DNA of 64,000 bases, taken from NCBI GenBank assembly GCA_030141605.1, contig JAQGDQ010000085.1:434001-498000 (forward strand), written 5' to 3'. Each line of letters opens with the position of its first letter. The first letter of the stretch is position 1. Positions 29,101-41,100 of this stretch are shown one piece after another. Made by a program: the position numbers and the translations under genes. The notes beneath the pieces were generated by a model that saw only the letters and a list, made by a program, of their open reading frames with translations, ran no database searches and was not told the origin of the DNA. Origin of the DNA: Tubiluchus corallicola. Taxonomy: Eukaryota; Animalia; Priapulida.

Positions 29101-32100
29101 AAGTGCCGAGAAATAAACGCACAATAGTCACTTGAGCAAAAATCAAGACGGTGAATCCTAGTGCAAAGAGTTGCGATATTACGTGCGGTTAGTGTACACA
29201 AACTTACTGTGAACTGACAATCAGAACGACGAAATTAAAACTTTTCACAGTGTAAAAATGTCGCCACAGCGGTACGTCTACCACAAACACGGGTACGTCT
29301 AATTATTTACGCTAGTAAAAAGTAATAATAAGAATAACACACGTCTAGTTATTTATTTACTATAGTAACGCAATGATAAAAATAATAAGTAAAGTTAAAA
29401 CTACAACAATTAAGTGACGATTCGAAAGTCCTTTAACTTTAGAGATGAATATTTAAAAACAAAACATGAAAAAACTTTGTTTATAGTTTTTCATTATGAT
29501 AGTCTTTATTTTATGCTCATTCAAAATGTTTTGTTTTAGATTTTTCGGTCACTGACACATGTAATAATTGGTTAATTTTTCTTCATTAATAACTTATCGG
29601 CGTCCAAACATCGACCTATAGTTTACTATAGTAGTTTAGGATAACAACGTCATATTTGAAGTTGAGCAAATCCAATAGCGACATTTTTGTATGCAACTGA
29701 CACTAATTAACGCAAGCTAGTTAAACTGGACACCGCTTTTTTAAAAACATATAAGCAAGTAAAAACACATCAAATTCATTGCACTTTGAGACAACGAATT
29801 CGGTTTGTAGCTTTTATATAGCTATATAAGTTATATAGCTATATAACAGATAATAATTTTATAGGTTTGTTTATATCATTTACCAGTTATTGATTCATTT
29901 ATTAGTTCACTTACTAATTATGAAACCAATCGTTGATATTTTAATGATTGATTTAATGATTAGCAAATGAACGAAAGATGTTTATTAAGAGTGTAAAATT
30001 GACTTCCAGATGTGTAAATAATCTTTCGACGAAGTTCGCGCGCTTTTTCCCAATTTACATGTAGCAAGCCATACAGTTTAATTTGGAACAACCGCAAAGT
30101 GTTGCTCTTGTGCTGCTTTACAAGCGATGTCTTGACTTTTCATACACCAAAAACTTACTCTCATGGAATTTTAACATTTTATAAAAGTATTTTTCTTTGA
30201 AAATAAATTTCAAGAATGCAGGCAAACAATTTATGCTTCCGGGATTATAATTTAATAAATTTTTGTTTGACAATTGTTGAATATGAATGGAATAAAGAAA
30301 AATAGTGACAAAAACACAAAGATAAGTTATATTGTATTTCATTCTCTTCATATAGAGGCATCTATCCATTTAATTCATCTTTATTTCAGTAAAAAAACAC
30401 CATATAAAAATAAAAGAAATCACACGCAATTTGACGCAAAAAAATGTGTGTGTGAGTGTGGTTTTTAGGCTCATTAATTTCTCTGTGACATTTGTTTACT
30501 TGCAAATAGTGTCCATTTAAGTGGGTGATTTCTTTACTTTTATATGGTATGGTATATATACGTATACTATAAAGTAAAAGAAGTTAATGAAATATTCGAC
30601 CAGTACGAAAATAAATTTAATCCAACACGTATATCGGAGCCTTTGATTGCACATAGCAACACATTATCACCAGCTAAAGTACGCATTCTAACGCTGTACA
30701 CAGGATTCCCGAATATCTCAGATCTTGTTCAGAAAAACACGAAAGTTTTTACAGTTGAAGAAAGAGCAAAGATGCGCCCAACTAATTATACATTTTCAGT
30801 TCATTTTTCACTAAACAAAAACTCACTGACAAAAAACTAGTTCACTTTCACTCTGCTGTTATTCGAAGTTTGTGCATTGCAGACAGTAAATTCAAACACC
30901 AGCAAATTCTTAAAATACTTGTTGCTGTTTGGGGTTTTTCTTAAAAGTTCCAAAGGAACAGTCGAGTTCACTCACATAAGCAAGCGTTTTGGGTAGCTAC
31001 AATGTTCAATTACCGAATTTACAGAATAGCGTTAGTAAATATTTAGACAGTACGTGTTATTTGTTTTCATACCATAACGTAATTATACCGTTTACTGTGT
31101 ATCCGCTGAAATAATGTTGATGTTGCTGCGGCGATGGCTGACGCTGTTGTTCTTGTTGTAGTTTTTAGTGTTGTTGCTGATGTACTAAGAAACTTTATTT
31201 CCAACGTTTAAAATAAACATTTATGTCTTCTTACATGAAAGTATTGTATAAAATGTTATACTGGGTCATCACCAGTCAGCTCTCAGGATTGGGTCACTAC
31301 AACGCTGAAAGAAGTTACATTGGTAAGTTTAGTTTAGTTTAGTTTAATTTATTCACATCTATTCGTACATATAGATGTACATCTAAAAATACAGTACAGC
31401 TACTAGGACACTACATTTACATAATTAGCACTTATTAAGATACGCAGGCGGACCAACTTCTGAGGAATAGTTAAAAGTAAACGAATGGAAAAAGTGAATA
31501 ACCGAGCTTTAAAAATTGTTCAAAATTGCTTTCGCAACATTGCTTAGGCAAACAGGCTCTCGTTCTCTATATGAGACAAGGTTGTTTTGTCTAGCTGTTG
31601 AAATATTCAAGCATGTTAACCAAGTTGGTCCTTGTACCCTAGGAAATATATTTAAAAGGAAAATTGTTTTGAATGATTTACGTTCTTCCAGTAATTTACA
31701 AATTATTACCTCATTACAAAACCATTACTTACGTCAAAAACTCTGCGAAATATGAAAGAGTTAACTTGTGGAAGAAGTTGCCTGATAAAATTAAAGCAAT
31801 TACTGATACCAATGCTTATAAATCAGCTATTTAAATGAATTATGTAACTGTGATTGTAATGTATATAACACTTGTCGAAATTTACAGATCTGAGTAAGTT
31901 AACATGAATTGTATTGAAAAACATGTAACAAAAACTAACATTAAGAATGTCTTCCATGAAACGGTTTATTTACATTGTGTGTGTCATCTCATTTCATAGT
32001 CATTATCTAGTGTACATCCATCAACCACTGACGGCAAATTGCCATTTTTGCTAATGTTTTATGTTATCATTACTAATCGACTGAAAATAAAATAAAATTT

Positions 32101-35100
32101 ATTACTACTAGTGCAAAGCTGCTTACACGTGTCTATCGAATTTAAGAAACCTTGTTAAATCAACATGTTCAAGCCTTTTACTAATGACGAATCATTTACA
32201 GAAGCAGGCAATCAGTTCCACATTGGAACGATGCGATATGAGAAAAATTCTTGAAAATGTGTCTTACATTTACGCCTTACAAACAGTTTTAGCAAGTGAT
32301 TAGCGATTACTCTTAGTTTTATTATTTAAAGATTTGATAAAACAATGTTTCCCTGTTTAAATCAACATCCCTTTTGTAACCTAATCAACATAAATTTCTA
32401 AATGATTTAAGACTCAGAATTTGTAACCTATGTGGATAATAGGTGTTGAGGTTTTCAGCCCTTCACAGACCTATATGAGGATGGCAACGGCAACCAATTG
32501 ACTAAATGTCTATTAGTTCATCAACAAATGGTTAAATCGGCAACAGCAATTGTAAGCTGCAACCTAAAACAGTTATTTCCCTAAATTCTGTTTCAATCTC
32601 GATTTTTACTGTTTCAGTTAACACGTATTTTCATAATCTTGCCGTTGCCATTATCGTAATAATGTACTTCAATCAATGGGCATAAATCACAAACTGCGGT
32701 CACGACTCCCCAAAAAAGAGTGATGAGCCTTTTTCTGGAGGTCATGGAGGGTCCAACTGTATGTATATTCAGCTCGCCCGAACGGGGATGAATTTTCAGC
32801 CTCGGCGCTGGCTCGAACGCATGCGCGGACCGCAATAATAAACATTTTTTGTTATTGCTCTCTCTGCTGTGATTAATCTTCTAAATTTCAAAGTAATGTA
32901 TCTGCCATATAAAATTTTGCTACGTCTTCAGAAGGCTTATAAAGGTGGGGGTCATGGTGGGTTTGGTACTACTGAAAGGGGTGACGTGCAGGAGAAGTTT
33001 GATAACACTGGTATAAAAAACGCGTAATATCCACTGCTGTTAGAACACAGGTTCCTGCGCCAAAAAGGCGCTCCCTTATAATTCCACCATCCGGCTTGTC
33101 TAGATTCTGCTCAAAATTAGCTCTAGTCCAACAACAATCTCGGTGGTTATCAGATTGATCGCTTCTAATTGACACAGATGTGCTGCCCTCAGGCGAAGAG
33201 AAATCTGCATTCCTTTGCTCATCTTAGGTACATGTAAGTACTGTAGAAACAAATAATTTCCGAACACTGCAATAACCAAGTGTAGACCTAACAAATTTTG
33301 GCACAAAAGAACATTTTATACCAAACTTACCGAATTTTTAAACCAAACTTAAAAACAAGGAACGTGAAAAGTTGGAATACAACCTGTATTCAAACCAAGG
33401 GCCTTCTGCTAACATTGCAGACACCTTGACCACTAAGCTACAATATTCCATCAGCGATCAAAACAGTCCAAAGCTCACCCTTTATACCTGGCCTATCAAA
33501 TTCAGAATTTCCAGTGTTAGATCGCTCACACTAAAGTGGTTCTACCAAATTAGATTATCATTTTTTATTTTAACGATTTTGAGCCTGAAATCCTGTGGAT
33601 ATTTAATTGTCATTATAAGCTTAATGTCACGATCATTATCAGTGTTACTCAATTCATTAAGTTTTGATACCAAACTTGAAAGACGGGAATTGCGAGAAAG
33701 TTGATTTGAACAAAGTACTTTCTCGTTAAAGGCAGACACATTAGACTATAGAGCACCGCATTCCTTAACTTTTAAGGACAGTCCAAAGTTCATCTCTCAT
33801 AAATGACCAACAAAAAGCTCACTGAAGCTATAAACTAGAAGTCATAGTGAAAGCCATATGTCATGTACTTTTAAAAAGTGGCTGCTGAAACCACTGCGCG
33901 GCTCCATATATGAACAAGGCAACTGAGGTTAAGTTAATTAAGTAAATACAGAAACCTAGTGCAAGTTTTTTCTACAAAAATAGCTACAGAATCTACAGTA
34001 CAGATTTTCACTACTACTGAAGATACAAAAGAGATATTAGAGAAGTAACTATTCAGACAGTTTAGAACTTTGAAGAAGTATTTTCTGAAGTGTTTTTTCG
34101 TTGAACTTGAAGGAAACACGCTTTTGCTTTTCGCATTAACAACCACATTTTGCCCTTTAGCAGCAAGTGGTCAGGCAGATTTGCTATAGGTCACATTTAT
34201 GACACACAAGAACAAAATTTATGTCCGAGTGAAAAGTCCGATGTTTTTATAACTTTCGTTGTCACTGGTTGGCTAGCTAGCGGGCTTGTGTTTAGATGAA
34301 AAGAGCATTCGGCAGATCAATGTTTTACACTTTGCCGTGGCCTTTGGGTAATTTCAGAAACAGCTTCAGTTAGATCATAGGAAAATTGATTAGATCATTA
34401 CGAGAAATCTTTCGTGTTTCGTTTGGTAACTCAGCGGGCTTCTTTTAGAGCTATTGAAATATGATTCATCTGATTTGACGGTATCAGAGCTCTTGGAAGT
34501 GCTCAACTGATGGTAATTCACGAAAAAGAAACAGTAGGTTAAGACAAAATGCAAGTTAAATCTGATGTTACCCTAATTAAGTTTTGATACCAAACTTGAA
34601 AGATAGGTAATGTGAAAAAGTTGGAATGCGGCTTGGTTTTGAACCAGTTATCTTCTATTTACATTGCAGACGCTTAAACCACTAGGTTACCGCGTTCCAC
34701 ATGGTGAGGAGTCTAAAGTTCATGCCTTATAAAAGTTAGCCAACAAAATTCAACATTTTCAAGTTATCGTTATAAGTTAAATGATATTAATTGATAATTA
34801 TTAAGCTATAGTCCTAATTGCTAATGTGTAGCTATAACTACACACACACCTGGAATACGCAATTGAATTTGGACTGTAAAAGTAACGGAGATAAATTATT
34901 TCAAATAATAGTTATTGTTTTTCTGCGACATCAAGGTGTCTGCATCATTACTGTAACATATAAATGAAGTAGGAAAAAACTTTGCATAGAAAGATTCAAA
35001 TGTTGGATAAATCCTGCCCCGGTTCTGGATCCACCCTAGCAAAATTGGTAGCAAAGCTGAATCCACCATAGCAAAGTACTATGAAGAAGTCAATATCAAC

Positions 35101-38100
35101 TAAGCATGCTCTCACTACCGAGAGATTTGCATTAGTGAAATTGGCTCTTTCTTGGACATTCAATATACAGCAGCACGGACAAACGATTTTATCTCTGATC
35201 ATTCTGTTGTGCACTTCGCTACTAGCTGCAATCAACCGATAAAATACTGTCTGCCGAAACGATTCTTAAACGTTCTCAGTCACATAAAGACTTTACTGAG
35301 ATCTGTTCACATTTGGAATATGTCTAACATCATCATTCAGACTACTCTGTATATTTGCATAATCGAGTGTGTATTTGCAGAAAAACTTCAATTATTTTTG
35401 GCGATTTCTGGTGATTTATCGAATAGCTGAGCTGTAATAACAAACTGCCTATAATTTAAAGAGGGAGATAGGAAAACGAAAACTTATTGACATAATTTAA
35501 ACGCATTTAACCGGAGTGGAAAAAACTATCGATACCTGTCAACATGGACATATACAAACGTATACAACCATACATACAAACATTGTTAAGCAGAAAAGCT
35601 GAAAAGATGTTGCAAGCATGCACACCAGCAGTTATTGTTTCGCAGGCCTTACTGGGCATTTTTATACATCGGCCCAAACAAGATCAATAACCACTCAAAG
35701 TAACGAGCTACAGTAACAAGCTGAATACATAAATACATGTCTAGAGAAATGGAATACACACTACTGATTTGCTAGTAATAGTACTAGAAGGTATCTGATA
35801 GTGATAGAAGGTACCTGATAGTGATAGAAGATACCTGATAGTGATAGAAGATATCTGATAGTGACAGAAGGTACCTGATAGTGACAGAAGGTATCTGATA
35901 GTGATAGAAGATACCTGATAGTGATAGAAAGTACCTGATAGTGATAGAAGGTACATGATAGTGATAGCAGGTGCCTGATAGTGATAGAAGGTATCTGATA
36001 GTGAAAGAAGGTTCCTGGCAGTTACAGAAGGTACATGATAGTAATAGAAGGTATATAATACTGATGGAAGGTATCTGATAGTAATAGAAGGCATTGAGCA
36101 TTGAAAATTAACCCAATCTTATTCTTTAACAAGAACAAAAAAGTTATCTAATTTTAATAGTAAAATTAGATATAATAATAATATTAAGCCTAGCCAACAC
36201 AAAAATAACTGCGTTCTTGCAAAAATAAATCCAGTGCTGACTGTAAGAAATACTAAGATGCAGGTGCTGAAGTAATGGACAGACGCAGTTGACAAAAAGA
36301 ATCATATAAATCGCATGAAAGCTATACTAAATTAGAAACTGTGAAAAGTTTTTGCATCTCCACTGAGATTTGTCTCAAGATCTTCTGCTGTCAAGGCAGC
36401 TACGCTAACTAATTACACCACAAAGGTTTTTCAAATTCAGAAACTTATGCTACAAACTACCAGATACCTAATGAGCACAAAAATAACTGTACTCTTACAA
36501 AAATGAATCCAGCAGTCTTGCTGGTTCTAAGAGTTACTAAGGTATCAGTGCTACTAAGTTTACTAAGTACTAGACGAAGATTGTTGATGAAAAGAATCAT
36601 ATAAACCTAGGAAAGCAATACTAAATTAAAAAAGTCTGAAAATTTTTTAACCTCCACTGGGACAACAACCAAAAAGCTTTTGCTGCTGATCCCAATTCTA
36701 CTTTCAAAGCAGCTATATGCCAATCATTACATCACTGAGGCAGTCGACTTTTTAGATTCGGAAATTTACGCTACATGAGCTACTAGATGTCTAACCTTTG
36801 TTTTTATTAAAAATAACTCATGCAGTTTTGCTGGTCACAGAGATTAGTGAGACACAAGTGTTGAAGTCTACTAACTACTGGACGAAGTTAATGCAAAGAA
36901 CAGCGAGTTGATACCCAATAGACGTGCGACCCAAATATCTAGGATTACAAAATTAAGCGACTACAAGTTTACACACTTAGAAGGACTGATGTTTGTCTAG
37001 CCAGGATGTCATCCCAACAGTGGTGAATAATGGAAAATGTCAACTTGCGATATCGATAGAGTGGCTTCGTGGAAGATTACAGAGAGCCAGAATAACTCTT
37101 GATCCTGTGCGCCATGACTGGCTTCATAAGATAGGGTAAAGTCAAGCTTTCACCCTCAGGCAGAGGTCATGGGTAAATCTTCAACTCATTTATAAAATAT
37201 TACTTAAGAAATGAAATTGAAGAGAAATTACACATTATACAATCACATCAATGCAACTGTGCCAGAATTTTTCCTTATGAGCGACGCAGATAATTTTTTA
37301 TACTTGATGGGCAGCGCTGATTTAGAAGTAAATTAAGGCATTTATTGATTATGTTTAAAAAGGCGTTTTTAAGACATGATGAACAATATACAATGTGAAC
37401 ATATCATTTAAAAAGAAACCAGATAAGTGATAATCTATTTTAAATACTAAAAAGTAAAATAACTATCAGGAGCGATTTTATAATATTCGTTTCATCAATA
37501 ATTATTTGTTTATTGTATATGTATATGATGTATATGCAGTGTAACTATATTTAAAAATTGAAATTGTATGTATGTCTTGTTTTTTTTTGTATTGTATGTA
37601 TTTTTGGCACTAATAAATATGAAATATAAATGTTTCACGTAGATACAAAATGGTCCTCAATAATTCGTTTTCCACCTTGTATGACATGACGACCAAATCA
37701 ACACCCTTTACCTTATTTTACCTATGCATATACAGTAAATGGGTTAATAAAACCTTACATACGTTATTTACAGACAGTACCTACTTACGTCTCTCACTCA
37801 CAATACCAGGAAGGATCACAAAAGTCTATTTTTTAAATACGCGCCATTCAAACTTTGGTTTTCTAAATAAGGACCAACTCTTAATTCATTTTTCGTGAAG
37901 ATGTTCTGAACAGAATTCACTTCAGTGTCAATGTGACTGCCACGAAGAGCTCAAAAGAGGAACAACTTAGCGATCTGCACTGTAGTGTTACAGGTTACGG
38001 CCAATTTCTTCACGAATCCTTACAACAGCATATAATTGCTATTTGCTAAGCAGTTTTTTACACTTAAAGGAAAGATCAAGACTTCTGGGAAATTAGGTTT

Positions 38101-41100
38101 ATTTCAATGTTCGCGAAAAACGTTAGGTTTTTGCAATAAAAGTCCGATAAGCGTTTCGTGTAATTGGTAAAATCGCGATCATTTTGAGTGTCCATTCTTC
38201 CACCAATGACGTCATTCGTCAACCGAACAAGCGCACTGTCAATTTCGTTAAAAGTATAATAACTTTTTACAAAAGTTAGATGACTGATTTTGCAATATTT
38301 TTGCACAAACATTAGGTAAACCAACTGACAGAAGTTTAAATTAGTTTAAGCAGCACGCGCTTACAGAAAGCCATGATGTGCTTACAAAAAGTCACGAATT
38401 CCACCACAAACGTCATCATTTTTAAGCGGCGGCTACTATCATGCCAGAAAATTTCTATACAGTGGCAGTATAAATTAATTTTCGGCTTCATAGACAGTTT
38501 TTTTGCAAATTCTTTGTTATATTTTTCTATGTTTAAGTGATAACAGTAAAAAAAACCAACATGCTAGGTGAATTGTACTTTCCTTTAACCCGCTAATGAA
38601 CAATCTTGTGGTAAAATTATGATAAAAGCGTTGCATTATTTAACACAGTATGCTTAAGCTCATGTACGAGACGTTTAACAGCATACGTTTGTTTCACTTT
38701 TATCACCATTTCAATGTGAATTTAAAAGAAATTTCGAAGAAGATTATTGTCTAGAATAAGCCTTTCATACTTTTGTTGTTCGCATGCGCAGTTGCTGCAG
38801 GTCAAAGGTTAAGTGTACTACAACAACGCATCTTAACTACAACCGTCACGTGCCGTGTGGGTAAAGTACCGCGTCAATACAAGTAACTTCAGTTGTTTTA
38901 CGCGGACTTTACAATAATGCATTTACTAGCAGGATTTTGCTTGGGAACAAGAAAATAATAAACTAGGTAAGCTTCTAACTAGATGTTAAAACTGTTACTA
39001 TTGCAAAGCATAGGCTGCGATGCGTTATAAAGCATACACAAATGCGCTGTCTGGTACAGTTGACCTTTTTCACGATCATCATCAATCACTGGAACTGTGA
39101 AAAGGCTTATCATTACTAGGACTACTTTAATAAAAGCCCGTTTTCAGTTTCACCAAATACACGTTCTTTGGCTAAATAAAAAAAATGGAAAAAATGTTAA
39201 ATATTTAAAAATTATGCAAGTTGTAATCACATTTTTTAAGTATCTTGGCGTTAACTGGTCTGCGTTTACTAGGCTCTCAAGCAGCAGAAACGGTTTAACC
39301 TAATGAAACATCACTTGTGGCTACTCTCAAAGACATAAGCGGAAAATGATCAAACGTCGAACTTAATAAACATAAAATCATATTAAGGGCTTAGCGTAAT
39401 GCAGTCATTATTCAGTCACAATTAACCATAAAACAAAGGCAATTATATTTTTTACCACGCGATTGTAATGGCGCGTTCTGACTACAGAGGCAAGATTAAG
39501 CGCAAGTTTTCTCTGAGAGTAAATTGTAAGTGTGAACGGCTTTGTAAGTTCTCTCGCACGTTATTCAAAACTCGGTGAGAGTTGTTGAGAGTTCTTGCGC
39601 AACTTGCGGGAGAACTTGCAAAGCTGTTCGTACTCGCGGGTTTACTCTCAGAGAGAACTTGTGCAAGAATTTGCAAGAGAACTTTCTAGTCTGAACGCGC
39701 CATAACGTTGGTTGCAAGCTTGGAAAGGTAAAAAAGTTGAGGTAGTAACCGTGCATGCAAATACACGGTGCATTTTACCAGTTACTGCCGTTGCCAGAAC
39801 AGCCAAAAAACACTTTTACATCGCCGGATAATCGTCGCCGTTCATCTTTTAACAGACCTCTGAAATAAAATTCCTGATCAATCTTTGACAATAGCCTTAC
39901 AGGAGTCTATCCATCTCGTCTTTATCCCGGCAGAAATTCACCAGACAGTTTCTTAATATCCGCTTGAGGAGACAAAAACTTCAGCCATCGATTTAGTAAT
40001 CTTATCAAATAGGAACTTAATTGAACATGTTTAGATGGAAAATAACGCGTTTATTATATCTACACTCATTACATGTTGCACATCATTGGGCACATCAGCA
40101 AGAGGCCTGGCGGAATAAATTAACAAACTTTGATGCTGATGCTTAAAATATTTATACTAAAACGATGTGGTGAACAATAATTACTGTGCAACAGTTATGA
40201 AACGAATAGACGACGACGGATTGCTGTTGATGTAGAGAAAGTGACAAACTTGTTTGGTCAGATGTCAGATAACGTTACAGCCTGCTTTCTGAAGACTAGA
40301 AATACGTTATTTATTACAAATGATAAAAAGGGTAAGTTAAGCAACTAGTAATAGCTTATGAAAAAAATACAAATTTCTTATTTTTTTATTTCACATTCGT
40401 CAAATATTAACATTAAAAATAAACTGTAAAACAATAAAAACATGAATGTGGGAGAGACATAAAGAGACAAGCTGTTTACATACGCCTATCATACACAAGA
40501 AATTTATCAAAATTCAAAAACGTCAATCTGTTTTTGATAAGGTTAAAATTGTCTGCAGTGACCAAAGGTGCGTCATTAACCGAGCTGGGTAAGGAGTTCC
40601 ATACTTGGATATCATGGAGACGAAAAACCCAAAACCTTTATTATTTGCTCCACGAATATACAGCTTGAGACTATGGTTACTTTACGTTCTATCAGAGAGT
40701 GCTCTTGTAAAAAAAAATTTCAGGGTCTAAATCAACATCCCAAAGAATTGTTTTTGTAACACATGACTAAATAATTTAGTAATCGTCTCTCCTTTAACGA
40801 TCTTAAATGAAAGGTTTTGAGTCTTTCTGGATAACATAGCAGGTGCAATAGCACAGACATGATTGCACAAAGAACAAAACCACAATTAACTAATATTCAA
40901 ACTTGAGAAAGACAGGAAATATTTAAAAATGGAACACAGCCTAGATTAGGACCAAGGGCCTTCTGCTTACAACCCAGACGCTTCACTGGGTCACTGTATT
41001 CCCCAGTAATCAAGGCAGTCCAATGTTGATTCTTCTGACTAACCGATTTCAGCATTTCCTATATTAGATTGCTCTAATAAGTCATTCTAAATAATTACGT

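Noticed and set aside
29030-29193. Possible first exon of the nested unit (TCAGTA, TATCGAT, G|GTTAGT)
   Set aside because: Only short motifs, lying between inverted TTCGTC.TT.TGATT repeats typical of MITEs; no ORF
34623-34698. Functional tRNA-Thr(TGT) or tRNA-Sec gene
   Set aside because: Lacks U33, has stem mismatches, no UCA anticodon or long variable arm, and copies are divergent; kept only as a tRNA-like repeat
35276-35337. Minus-strand ATGATGA...CTGA pair
   Set aside because: No recognisable rRNA or snRNA guide and no terminal stem
35741-36101. 117-aa and 105-aa ORFs; array superficially CRISPR-like
   Set aside because: A pure 20-bp minisatellite with no unique spacers, in a eukaryotic context
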